Assembly (NCBI GenBank): GCA_963716145.1
Contig: OY970292.1
Span: 332,951-396,950, forward strand
Reading direction: 5' to 3'
Source: Candidatus Levyibacteriota bacterium
GTDB taxonomy: Bacteria > Patescibacteriota > Microgenomatia > Levybacterales > UBA12049
DNA: 64,000 nt
Part shown: piece after piece, positions 51,484-60,785 of the stretch
How positions within the stretch are numbered: the stretch's first letter is position 1
Layout: each line of letters starts with the position of its first letter
Notes under the pieces: model-generated
Databases searched by the model: none
Told to the model about the DNA's origin: nothing
The model's input: only the letters and a program-made list of their open reading frames with translations
Position numbers and translations under genes: made by a program

Positions 51484-52038
51484 TTACGCTTTTTCCGTAT
51501 ATGCCCCGGTTCTTGTGTCAACCCTTATTGATTCACCCACATTGATGAAAAGAGGCACTCTTGTTTTTATATTGTTCTCAAGGGTTGCCTCCTTAAAAAC
51601 ATTGGTTGCTGAATTTCCCTTTGCTCCCGGTGCTGTTTCGACTACTTTGAAAACCATCTTTGGAGGAAGCAAAACGGATAGCGGTTTTCCTTCGATGAAG
51701 CTAACAGGAAATGTTTCCCCTTCTTTAAGGTAATCATGCTCAGGGATAAGCTTAATCGGAATAGCTACTTGCTCAAAAGTAGTAGGATTCATAAAAAATA
51801 CTTCTGTCTCGTCTTTATACAAATACTGCATATCCTTCTTGAGTACCGGAATATTCGCGACCTTTGCACCGTTTGTGTAGCCTTTCTCTGTGGTCGAGCC
51901 TGTTTTAAGATTCCTCACTTTAACTTTTATGTTGGCTGAACCCCTTCCCATTTTAATATGCTCATATGATAGAACTGTCAGATATTGCCCGTCCTCTTCG
52001 TATGTAGTGCCCGCCCTAAGCTCTGTTACTGAAATCAT
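51484..52038 (-). CDS. efp: Translation elongation factor P
   Basis: Three OB-like domains. Tip loop HIKMGRGSANIKV, with Arg in the position of the modified Lys of E. coli KPGKG. Confidence 0.9.
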   Translation of the reverse strand: MISVTELRAGTTYEEDGQYLTVLSYEHIKMGRGSANIKVKVRNLKTGSTTEKGYTNGAKVANIPVLKKDMQYLYKDETEVFFMNPTTFEQVAIPIKLIPEHDYLKEGETFPVSFIEGKPLSVLLPPKMVFKVVETAPGAKGNSATNVFKEATLENNIKTRVPLFINVGESIRVDTRTGAYTEKA

Positions 52039-52175
52039 GATAATGTCAATTTTAACAGCTTTCTTTATAATTTACCAGCCTTAAGAGGATTGTGTGGAAA
52101 TCAAAAATTGTTTTATATTTTCGTAGTCTCTTCTTAACCATTCATCGTTTGATAATATCTTTTCCAGCACTTGTT

Positions 52176-54647
52176 TTATTGTTCGCTCGGCCCAGGGGAT
52201 TGATGTTGTTTGAAGAATTTCTCAACTTCAACTGCGTTCTCTTTTTTTGTAAAAAATTCAATGGGCTCAGCAAATCTAGAAAATAGATGTCCCCCGCTAT
52301 ATCTTTTCACTATTTCATCCCAATGGTTTTTCAAAAAATCCCACGCCAAATACTTACCATTTGAATTTGCAAAAATAAAATATATAGCTTTATATGAATC
52401 TTGCGTACGGACATTAGAGGAAAAACCAAAATCCAAAGTTTTTTTTAAGAGATTTTTTTGTTTAAAAATACAAAGCGCTTTAAAAATACGGTCCTTTTCT
52501 TCCTGTAGAGCTGACTTATTATAGAGACTTAATAGCTCTGAGTATGTTTTATCATCTCCATACTTTGCAACAATTGAGTATACCACTCCCCTTAAATCTG
52601 ATTCTATTTGCACTTTTCCATTAAGAAAATTTTTAAACATACTTTGAGCAGTACTTATTGCACTAGGATCACCATATTTTCCAAGACTCGATAAGATTAC
52701 GCTTCTTAATAATGTCTGAGAATGAGATTCCTGCGTCTTTTTTTCCCAGCCGACTTTATCACCAATATTTTTTAAAATATTTAAAGCATAATCTTCAAAT
52801 AATTGGTACTCTTTTTCCTCTGATAGAAGATTGCACAATTTTGCTAGCTGGGTTACAATCTCATACCATACGATATAACTTTTTTCGTTCTTAAACGATA
52901 AATAGGCATTGAATGCTTGCACTGTTGGTATTTTACCGGCTTCAGCTAAAACCAGAATATCCCTTATAATTCCAAATCTATCTATTACGGATAATTCTTC
53001 TTTTTCAATAGCTTTTAATAAACTGCGTAGATCGTTCTCCGAGTACCCTACCCTAACTAGACTTGTCTCACCGCTGTTTAACTTAACCCATTTAGTCTTT
53101 CTTTTCTCTGGTAAAATCAATCTTTTTTTCTCCATCAAATGATATTCTGGTTTCTTATCAGAATTCGTTTTGACACTAACTGGAATTTTCCACACACTAT
53201 TGTCTGTTGAATTTTTTTGTGAATGAAAACTTGAAAAAAATCTCGATTGGGAAAGAATCAGCACGTCTTTTCTGCTGTCAAGCATAACCAGCGGATACCC
53301 TGCTGCTTGTGTCCAATTTTTCATAATTGCCTCAACTGGTTTTCCGGAAGCCTCATTAAGTGCTTTCCAAAGATCAGACGTAGATGCATTGCTATACGAA
53401 TGTTTCTTAAGATAACCTTGTAAGCCTTTCCTAAATACATCCTCCCCCAAATACTCTGCGAGCATTCTTATTATTGACGCTCCTTTTGAGTAACTCACTG
53501 CATCAAATATCTCACTAATCTCCGCCGGGTTTTGCACCTCTATTTCAATTGGGTGCGTATTTTCTAATCCATCAAGCTCTAGTGCTCTTGCATGATCCAT
53601 ATTTACAAACTGAGTCCATATATCCCACTGCGGAAAAATATGATCAACTGCAAGATATTCTATATATGATGCAAATCCTTCATTAAGCCATAAATGTGTC
53701 CACCATTCCATTGTCACCAAATTTCCAAACCACTGATGGGCGAATTCATGCGCTATAACGAGTGCTACCCATTGTTTATTTATTGTTGCTGTATGCTCCT
53801 CATCAACAAGAAGCGCGGTTTCCCTGTATGTTACTGCCCCCCAGTTCTCCATCGCGCCAGCAGCAAAATCAGGGATCGCTATTAAGTCAATAACCGGAAG
53901 AGGATATGCAATTTTGAAGTAGTCCGAAAAGAAGGAGATTGTTTTTACCGCAACATCCAGTGCAAATTCTGCTTGCTTTTTCTTTCCGGCTGTTACAAAC
54001 ACACGAACAACAGTACCCTCTTTTGTCTTTTTTTCTATGTGTTCAAATTTTCCAACGATAAAAGCCAAAAGATAGGTAGACATTTTTGGAGTTGGTTTAA
54101 AACTAACAATCTTGTATCCCGCGCTGTGCTCCTTAACTTCTGTCTCAATTGTATTTGAAATCGCTGTGTGGTCATCTGGGATAATTAGATTGATGTGAAA
54201 TACTGCTTTTTTCGCAGGTTCATCAAATGATGGGAAAGCGCGTCTGGCATCTGTTGATTCAAATTGTGTAACTGCAATTGTCTGCTCTTTTCCATCAATA
54301 TGATACTTGCTTCTATAAAAACCTCTCATTTTGTCATTTAAAACTCCTTTAAACTTAAGAGAGAGTTTTCCAATACCCTTTGGCAGTTGTTTTGGAAAAA
54401 TAATTGTTGCTGTCTCTGTTTTCTTATCAAAAGTCAGACTGCCTTTAATAGAATTATTGTAAATTACCTCTGGAATCTCAAGTTCGTCTGCGTGAATTCT
54501 AATAGTGTCGGTAGGTATTCTTAGATCAACTATAATCTTTTCTTCTCCCGTAAAGGTAAAGGCAGTAAGGTCGGGGTGAATAGTTATAAAATATTCTTTT
54601 GGAATAACGTTTTCAGATAAACGGACATTTTTGCTATTTTTTGTCAT
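52176..54647 (-). CDS. pepN: Aminopeptidase N (M1 family). Start re-set to MTKNSKNV. The ORF-track start at 54899 reads through the antisense of a tRNA.
   Basis: Exopeptidase motif AAGAMENWGAV. Zinc site HEFAHQWFGN...(18)...E. Confidence 0.85.
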   Translation of the reverse strand: MTKNSKNVRLSENVIPKEYFITIHPDLTAFTFTGEEKIIVDLRIPTDTIRIHADELEIPEVIYNNSIKGSLTFDKKTETATIIFPKQLPKGIGKLSLKFKGVLNDKMRGFYRSKYHIDGKEQTIAVTQFESTDARRAFPSFDEPAKKAVFHINLIIPDDHTAISNTIETEVKEHSAGYKIVSFKPTPKMSTYLLAFIVGKFEHIEKKTKEGTVVRVFVTAGKKKQAEFALDVAVKTISFFSDYFKIAYPLPVIDLIAIPDFAAGAMENWGAVTYRETALLVDEEHTATINKQWVALVIAHEFAHQWFGNLVTMEWWTHLWLNEGFASYIEYLAVDHIFPQWDIWTQFVNMDHARALELDGLENTHPIEIEVQNPAEISEIFDAVSYSKGASIIRMLAEYLGEDVFRKGLQGYLKKHSYSNASTSDLWKALNEASGKPVEAIMKNWTQAAGYPLVMLDSRKDVLILSQSRFFSSFHSQKNSTDNSVWKIPVSVKTNSDKKPEYHLMEKKRLILPEKRKTKWVKLNSGETSLVRVGYSENDLRSLLKAIEKEELSVIDRFGIIRDILVLAEAGKIPTVQAFNAYLSFKNEKSYIVWYEIVTQLAKLCNLLSEEKEYQLFEDYALNILKNIGDKVGWEKKTQESHSQTLLRSVILSSLGKYGDPSAISTAQSMFKNFLNGKVQIESDLRGVVYSIVAKYGDDKTYSELLSLYNKSALQEEKDRIFKALCIFKQKNLLKKTLDFGFSSNVRTQDSYKAIYFIFANSNGKYLAWDFLKNHWDEIVKRYSGGHLFSRFAEPIEFFTKKENAVEVEKFFKQHQSPGPSEQ

Positions 54648-54808
54648 AAAATTGCGGAAATGGGCGCAAAAAGTATATAATATGTGAGCTCGAAATACAA
54701 GGTAAGAAATAATCCCTTGCGCAAAATGCAAAGCGTTTTGAAGAGGGGCAACCGATGAAAAGCTGAATCCGCCAGCTGGCGGAGAAAGCTGCAATCGAGT
54801 TGCGACGA

Positions 54809-54894
54809 GCCGAGATGGCGGAATGGTATACGCGGTAGTCTCAAAAACTACTAGTTGCAAGGCTATGGGGGTTCGACTCCCCCTCTCGGCACCA
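54809..54894 (+). tRNA. tRNA-Leu (anticodon CAA), class II with long variable arm. CCA encoded.
   Basis: Acceptor GCCGAGA/UCUCGGC. Anticodon stem GUAGU/ACUAC with loop CUCAAAA. Long variable arm. T-arm GGGGG-UUCGACU-CCCCC. Discriminator A followed by CCA. Confidence 0.85.
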
Positions 54895-54901
54895 CACAAA
54901 T

Positions 54902-55741
54902 ATGAAATTCAAATACTTTTCCCAAAACGGCAATATATTTCCCACTGAAAAAGCAAATATTCCACTTTCCAACATTGGATATGCCTATGGATTTGGCGTA
55001 TATGAAACACTCCGAATCAGAAACGGAATTATTTATTTCCACGCCCAGCATATTAAACGCTTACTTAAATCTGCGGGAATACTGGGAATTGCACACCAAT
55101 TTATACAAAAAGATATTGAAAAATATATTTATGAATTAATCGAAAGGGAGAAAGTTAATAGCTGCAACATCAAAATACTCCTGATAGGCGGAAAAACAAA
55201 AGAAGAGTCCCTTTTATCTATTATTCCTCTTGCGCCGTTCTTCCCGAATCGAAAATTTTATATCGAAGGTGTCAAAACAATTACATTTCGTTATGAGAGA
55301 TTATTTCCTCAGGCAAAAACGCTTAACATGCTTGGAAGTTATTTAGCATACAGAAAAGCGCATGATCAGGAATGTTACGATGCGCTTTTAACGGATCATA
55401 ATAGCAACATTCTTGAAGGAACGAGAACAAATTTTTTTGCTATAAAAAATAACACTATTTTTACCCAATCATCAGAAAAAATACTGGCGGGAGTAACCAG
55501 GGAAACGGTTTTGCATATTGCCAAAAAGAACGCTTATAAAATTGAAGAAAAAGAAATTTCAGTGAATCAACTTGCTGAATATGATAGTACTTTTTTAACA
55601 AGTACCAGCTCAAAAATCTTGCCGGTCAAACAGATTGATGATTATATTTTTGGGGCAATTCCGCAAGCTCTAAAATTCCTTATGCAAAAATATGATGAGT
55701 TTTTGAAAGACTCAAATGGCGTTTTTAATGAGAAAGAATAA
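54902..55741 (+). CDS. Class IV (fold-type IV) PLP aminotransferase (branched-chain/D-amino-acid aminotransferase-like)
   Basis: GFGVYETLRIRNGIIYFHAQHIKRL ... ILEGTRTNFFAIKNNTIFT matches the fold-type IV aminotransferase pattern (E-G-x-x-x-N-x-F). Confidence 0.65.
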   Translation: MKFKYFSQNGNIFPTEKANIPLSNIGYAYGFGVYETLRIRNGIIYFHAQHIKRLLKSAGILGIAHQFIQKDIEKYIYELIEREKVNSCNIKILLIGGKTKEESLLSIIPLAPFFPNRKFYIEGVKTITFRYERLFPQAKTLNMLGSYLAYRKAHDQECYDALLTDHNSNILEGTRTNFFAIKNNTIFTQSSEKILAGVTRETVLHIAKKNAYKIEEKEISVNQLAEYDSTFLTSTSSKILPVKQIDDYIFGAIPQALKFLMQKYDEFLKDSNGVFNEKE

Positions 55742-56477
55742 ACTTCTCAATTACATCCACAACGCCATCTTTATCAACACTGGGCGCTATATAATCAGCT
55801 ATTTCTTTAAGCTCTGGTACAGCATTTCCCATCGCAACTTTCAACCCGCAAGCCATAAGAAGCGGAAAATCGTTGTACCCATCACCTACCCCGATAATTT
55901 CATTTGTTTCTATCTTTAAAATCTTAGCCACTTTTAAAATGGCATGCTGTTTGGTTGCGGATGTATGAGAAATGAGTAAGCCTACCATACCTTTTGACCA
56001 TGAAGGCACTTTGTGAACTGCAAGCGTTGGAACATCTCCAATCTTTTTGATTAAGCTGTTGCATAATTTATGACTAAGGTCAGGAATGAATATATGTGAC
56101 GGCTTTTTTGGAATGTAGCTTTCTGTATATGATATGTCTTCCCGAAGATCATGAATGAAAAAATTAATGCTCAGACTATTTAGCAACTCACAAATAGGAA
56201 TTATATCTTTTTTATCCATGATCTGCTCATATAAAGTTTTATGGTTTTTGTAATCAATAATTTCGGCTCCGCTATTAATTATCAGCGGTCCGGAAAGCTC
56301 CAATTCATCAATAATACCTGCTAGCATAAAATTTGGTCGTGCTGTTGCAATTCCTACGCTTACAAGCTTGCTGGCCTTTGCGATTGCTTCAATAACTTTT
56401 TTTGAAGGTTTCCCGTCTTTCCTGTTGGGGATTGTGGTTCCATCCAAATCAAGCATCAATGCTTTATACTTTCTCAT
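55725..56477 (-). CDS. HAD-superfamily Cof-type hydrolase (second copy in the window)
   Basis: Motif I LDLDGTT. Motif IV GDGYNDFPLL. Confidence 0.7.
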   Translation of the reverse strand: MRKYKALMLDLDGTTIPNRKDGKPSKKVIEAIAKASKLVSVGIATARPNFMLAGIIDELELSGPLIINSGAEIIDYKNHKTLYEQIMDKKDIIPICELLNSLSINFFIHDLREDISYTESYIPKKPSHIFIPDLSHKLCNSLIKKIGDVPTLAVHKVPSWSKGMVGLLISHTSATKQHAILKVAKILKIETNEIIGVGDGYNDFPLLMACGLKVAMGNAVPELKEIADYIAPSVDKDGVVDVIEKFILSH

Positions 56478-57502
56478 CAGACCCTCCTCATTCTCTTTCT
56501 AAGATTTTCTACTGTAAAATTAATCAGATATTTTGGATAGTTAATTATGAGATCTTGAGCATGAAGATATTGCACATCTTCTCCCCCAAATCCTCTTTTA
56601 AAGAGTGACACACCGGCAAAACGGTGATTCTTATTCTCCTCTGGCGCAATACCCCAAAAATTATATTTTTTTATTCCGCGTCTCTTTGCTTCTTTTATCG
56701 CCTCCCATTGCAACAAATATGCTCCCGGATATTTTCTGCCGTCTTCTGTACTTACACCATAGTGATAAACTGCTTCCTGACCGTAAAAAATAATGAAAGC
56801 TTGTGCGAGTATTTTGTTTTTAAAAGTAGCAGTAAATAGTAGCGCCTTATCTGCATTAAAAAAAACTATGAACTGTTCTCTCAAAAACTCAAAACCAAAA
56901 GGAACAAAATGCTGCCTCTTTGCTGTTTCCAGCTGCAGATCATAAAATTTCTTAATTTGCTTTTCGTCTTTTGTCGAAACAATATTAATTCCCAATTTCT
57001 CAGCTTTTTTAATTTCGTATCTTGTTGCCTTTCTCATAGCAACCAATAACTCTTCTTCAGTTTTTGTAATGTCTAGCTGTGATGTCAAGTCAGCTGTCAA
57101 GTGCATAGGCGCAGGGCGGGCGTAATTTTTTTTAAAGATGTTCATTGAAAAATTATCCTCAACAAGTTGCGGACGTATGCGAATGAACACACAATTATTT
57201 CCTTTGGCAACTTTTTTCATTTCTGAAAATACTGTCTTAACTAGGTCTTTATTGCCCCAATCCATAATCGGTCCTCCGGCAACAGTAAGATACTTCCCTC
57301 TTTTTGCACTTTCAACAACTGATAGCATTAAACCAATAAGTTTTCCATTCTTATAAAAACCTGTTTTTTTAGTTTTTTTTCCCAATGCTTGATGAAACTC
57401 TCCCCAGTACCAAGACTGCAAAAAATTTGCTTCTTCATGATTTTGAAGAAAGCTTTCCCACTCGTTTTTGTCTTCAACTAATTTTATTGTAATTTCAGCC
57501 AT
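56477..57502 (-). CDS. FemAB-family peptidoglycan aminoacyltransferase (tRNA-dependent cross-bridge formation)
   Basis: The FemAB fold pattern runs through ...GAYLLQWEAIKEAKRRGIKKYNFWGI and the N-terminal GNAT-like half. Confidence 0.7.
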   Translation of the reverse strand: MAEITIKLVEDKNEWESFLQNHEEANFLQSWYWGEFHQALGKKTKKTGFYKNGKLIGLMLSVVESAKRGKYLTVAGGPIMDWGNKDLVKTVFSEMKKVAKGNNCVFIRIRPQLVEDNFSMNIFKKNYARPAPMHLTADLTSQLDITKTEEELLVAMRKATRYEIKKAEKLGINIVSTKDEKQIKKFYDLQLETAKRQHFVPFGFEFLREQFIVFFNADKALLFTATFKNKILAQAFIIFYGQEAVYHYGVSTEDGRKYPGAYLLQWEAIKEAKRRGIKKYNFWGIAPEENKNHRFAGVSLFKRGFGGEDVQYLHAQDLIINYPKYLINFTVENLRKRMRRV

Positions 57503-58716
57503 AGATTTATTTTATGAGAAATGTATTTTGCATCTTTTTCAGATATATTTTTATGTGTTGGCAAATTTAGTATTGTCTTAGAAACTACTTCCGAATTTGT
57601 GCAATCACCTACTTTGTAATTTGTCCTATCTAAATACTTTTTCGGGGCAATAGGAGCATCATACCAGATATCGGAAATATATATGTTATATTTTTTCAGA
57701 AATTGCACAAGGTCCTGTCGATTATCAACAAATATCGGAAAACGGAGATTTGATGAGAACAAAACTTGCGAAACAAGTTTCTTAAATAAAATTTTGTAGT
57801 TTAGTTCTTTTGCATAAATATCTGCAATTTTTCTTCTGTGCTGAATATTATTTTCTAACTCAAGAAACTCATGATAAATCAACTTACAATACCAAAAAGA
57901 CAGATAGCGCAAATCATCTTTATTGGAATTTTCTACTGGCTTTGACAATAAATCTGCTCTTTTTAAAAAGTAATGAAACGCTTTTCCAATGCCCAGTCCA
58001 TAAGTTTTCCTAATCAAAAATGTTAACGTTGGATACATTTTGTCGATATTCTGAGTTCGTTTATTTGGTATTGGAAATTGGAAATTGGAAATTGGAAACT
58101 TGTCATTCCTAACAATCAAGGCACCCCCTGACACTCCATCAATCATCTTATCCTGGCTAAAAGAAAATGCTGCAAAGTCTCCAACTATTCCTGCTTCTTT
58201 TCCATTTGAATACTTTGTTCCAATAGAGTGAGCTAAGTCTTCAACCAAAATTATATTGTTTTCTTTACAAAATTTTGAAATACCTTCCATGTCACATGCA
58301 TATCCCAGGGTATTTTGGATAAAAATAATTTTAAGTTTTGGATTTTTTTTGTACTTTCTTTTTAAGGTTTCAAGCGAAAAATTCAACAAATCTTTTTCAA
58401 TATCAAGATATTCCACTCTATACCCCTCTTTTACAATTGTTTCCCATACAGCAAAACACGTAAATCCGCATACTCCTACGGTGTAATCTTTTGGCTTATT
58501 TATAATTCTGAGCGCCAATCGCAATGCATCTCTGCCTTTATAGGTTAGGACAGTTTTTCCCCCATATTTTTCCTCTAATAATTTTATTAATTTCGAGCTA
58601 TCCTCTTTTTTATTGTTGGCAAAAAGGGCTTTGATAACGAATCCTAAATTGTAATTGGAGCCAAGTGAATTAAATATGTTCATATATTGAATGTCATGCC
58701 GAACTTGTTTCGGCAT
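57484..58716 (-). CDS. DegT/DnrJ/EryC1/StrS-family PLP-dependent (sugar) aminotransferase
   Basis: FSFSQDKMIDGVSGGAL is the PLP-lysine motif (SFxxxK..xxGEGG-like). Fold-I architecture. Confidence 0.65.
   Translation of the reverse strand: MPKQVRHDIQYMNIFNSLGSNYNLGFVIKALFANNKKEDSSKLIKLLEEKYGGKTVLTYKGRDALRLALRIINKPKDYTVGVCGFTCFAVWETIVKEGYRVEYLDIEKDLLNFSLETLKRKYKKNPKLKIIFIQNTLGYACDMEGISKFCKENNIILVEDLAHSIGTKYSNGKEAGIVGDFAAFSFSQDKMIDGVSGGALIVRNDKFPISNFQFPIPNKRTQNIDKMYPTLTFLIRKTYGLGIGKAFHYFLKRADLLSKPVENSNKDDLRYLSFWYCKLIYHEFLELENNIQHRRKIADIYAKELNYKILFKKLVSQVLFSSNLRFPIFVDNRQDLVQFLKKYNIYISDIWYDAPIAPKKYLDRTNYKVGDCTNSEVVSKTILNLPTHKNISEKDAKYISHKINLWLKLQ
58071..58098. repeat. Perfect heptanucleotide tandem repeat (TTGGAAA x4, plus one imperfect copy) inside the DegT CDS
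   Basis: ttggta ttggaaa ttggaaa ttggaaa ttggaaa cttg. The unit is not a multiple of 3. It encodes FPISNFQFPIPN on the minus strand. Confidence 0.55.
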
Positions 58717-59431
58717 CTATTTCTTTTTGCGATTTGTTTTTGAGATCCTGAAATGAATTCAGGATGACATCAGCAGTCTCTTTCGGATGCGTTAGCTGCG
58801 GAGAATGACGCGCTGCCTGAACTATGTGCAAATTAGAATTTTTTATTTCTCTGTTCAAAATCTCTCCATCTGTCACAGGCGTAACCCGATCGCTTCCTCC
58901 CCAAATAATTGTTGTCGGGGTTTTAATTTCTGAAAATCTTTCTTTCAAATCTGTCCGAATCAGGTTTAACATTGTTTTCTGAACAATCGGACTGGCCTTT
59001 TCATAATCATGCTCGCGGGCAAGTTTGTACAAAACTTTTTTCATTCCCTCTGATGTTGTAAACATTTTTCCAATTTTCGCAGCAGTTGCGAAAATATATC
59101 TTTTTGTACGTATTGGCAAATCATTGTGATAAATACCTGTACTATCAAGCAGTATTAGCTGGTTAACTTTTTTAGGATATTTTAGAGTATAGGAAAGAGC
59201 AATTAGTCCTCCATTTGAATGTCCCAGCAAGATTGCGTTTTTTTCTTTGTCCAAAATTTTACTTAACCATTCAACGTAATTATCAATATCCCAGACTTCA
59301 TTTAGCGGAACAGTGAGTCCTGGAATTTTTAGTATTTCAACTTCAAAACCATTCTTTTTTAGTAAATCAACAAATGGTTTCCACCTCTCAGTCGAATAAG
59401 CCCAACCATGTAATATATAAATCTTTTTCAT
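58694..59431 (-). CDS. Alpha/beta-fold hydrolase (esterase/lipase-like)
   Basis: Nucleophile elbow LLGHSNGG (G-x-S-x-G). ~245 aa. Confidence 0.7.
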   Translation of the reverse strand: MKKIYILHGWAYSTERWKPFVDLLKKNGFEVEILKIPGLTVPLNEVWDIDNYVEWLSKILDKEKNAILLGHSNGGLIALSYTLKYPKKVNQLILLDSTGIYHNDLPIRTKRYIFATAAKIGKMFTTSEGMKKVLYKLAREHDYEKASPIVQKTMLNLIRTDLKERFSEIKTPTTIIWGGSDRVTPVTDGEILNREIKNSNLHIVQAARHSPQLTHPKETADVILNSFQDLKNKSQKEIDAETSSA

Positions 59432-59473
59432 ATCTAATCTATTCTTAACTCTAAATTCATAATTATGAATTCT

Positions 59474-60748
59474 TTACAGTCCCCACTGCTTTCTTCGGAT
59501 TTCCCAAACTTTTTCCCGCCTAGCTAATTTTTCAACATCATTTTTGTCTTTCAATAAATTCTCAATAATCCCCTCCATAAATCTTGCACCTTTAAATAAA
59601 ATTGTCTCTCCCCCTGTTATATTTTCCAATATATAGCTCAGTGTCTCTTGTGGTGCTGTAAATTTCATAACTCTATCATTATCAGTGTCCAATTCTTTGA
59701 GTTTAGGATAAGTATATTTACTGACCCTTGGACCCATCAAAATTATTTTATCAAAATTATATTTAATCAATATTTTTGCCAATTTTTCGTGCTCTTCCTT
59801 TTCGCTCTCACCCATTTCTAGCATATCTCCCACCACTGCCCATTTATTCTTTGAAAAATATTTATCAAATGTTTGCAGGACGGCTTTTAATGATCCCGGA
59901 GACAGATTATATGAACTGTCAATGATTGTCGTATCCTTTATTCCCTGAAATATTGATCCCCTGCCGGGCGGTAATACAAACTTAGAAAAAGATTGATCAA
60001 ATGAAATGTTCAATAATTCTAATAATTTTTTTGTCATTTCAATCGAGTAAAATATTTCCTCGGGTAATAAATATTTGAAATTATATTGCTCAGTTTCTAT
60101 TGTAAATTTTGTCCCATTTTTCTCTACTTCGTATTTTTTAAGACAATTCTCTTTTCTAATTGGAAAAATTTGTACACTAGTTCTTTTAAGTTGCTTATTC
60201 ATCAATTCCGAATCACCATTAATTAAAACTGATTCTTTTGCGTATTCCAGAAAGTATCCAAATTCAAAAGCAATCGCTTCTTCAATAGTTGAAAACTTTC
60301 CCTGTTTTACCAAATTATCAAAACGCGCGCTATGCGTCTTAGCAGTACTCACCCATAATACAATTTCCGGTTTTAATAATTCTGAAAGAAACTTTCCCTC
60401 CACCGGCCTATCACAATCCGCCTCAACAATATACAGTTTTTCTTGGGGTATTTCTTTAAATATTGAAAACGGTGTTTTTAAAATCAGCCCAACCCATTCT
60501 GATCTTAATAAACTATGGCGTTGGATGTCTAAAATATCAAACGGTATACCAAAACTACTATTGGCATGGTGGGAGTATTTTGCCTTATCTCCTATTTGGG
60601 ATTCCAGCATATGAAGTAGGGTCGTCTTACCATTTGAGCCGGTTACAACTATTATTTTTGGGTTCCACTTTTGCAAACGGATACGGGCAAAAAAGCGGAA
60701 ATAGCTTGCAATGGGAAAATACAAGAATCTTTTAATTTTCGCAATCAT
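59474..60748 (-). CDS. Mur-ligase-family protein (MurF/MurT/CapB-like ATP-dependent amide ligase)
   Basis: P-loop IIVVTGSNGKTTLLHML. Central and C-terminal Mur-ligase domain pattern (…VVGDMLEMG…). Confidence 0.6.
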   Translation of the reverse strand: MIAKIKRFLYFPIASYFRFFARIRLQKWNPKIIVVTGSNGKTTLLHMLESQIGDKAKYSHHANSSFGIPFDILDIQRHSLLRSEWVGLILKTPFSIFKEIPQEKLYIVEADCDRPVEGKFLSELLKPEIVLWVSTAKTHSARFDNLVKQGKFSTIEEAIAFEFGYFLEYAKESVLINGDSELMNKQLKRTSVQIFPIRKENCLKKYEVEKNGTKFTIETEQYNFKYLLPEEIFYSIEMTKKLLELLNISFDQSFSKFVLPPGRGSIFQGIKDTTIIDSSYNLSPGSLKAVLQTFDKYFSKNKWAVVGDMLEMGESEKEEHEKLAKILIKYNFDKIILMGPRVSKYTYPKLKELDTDNDRVMKFTAPQETLSYILENITGGETILFKGARFMEGIIENLLKDKNDVEKLARREKVWEIRRKQWGL

Positions 60749-60785
60749 GTATCCTCTATTTTAGCAGAAGGTGAGGTTTTTTTGT

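Noticed and set aside
52176-54899. Full 907-aa extent of the aminopeptidase N ORF as given in the track
   Set aside because: The first 84 codons are the antisense of tRNA-Leu plus intergenic sequence. The true start is the ATG at 54647.
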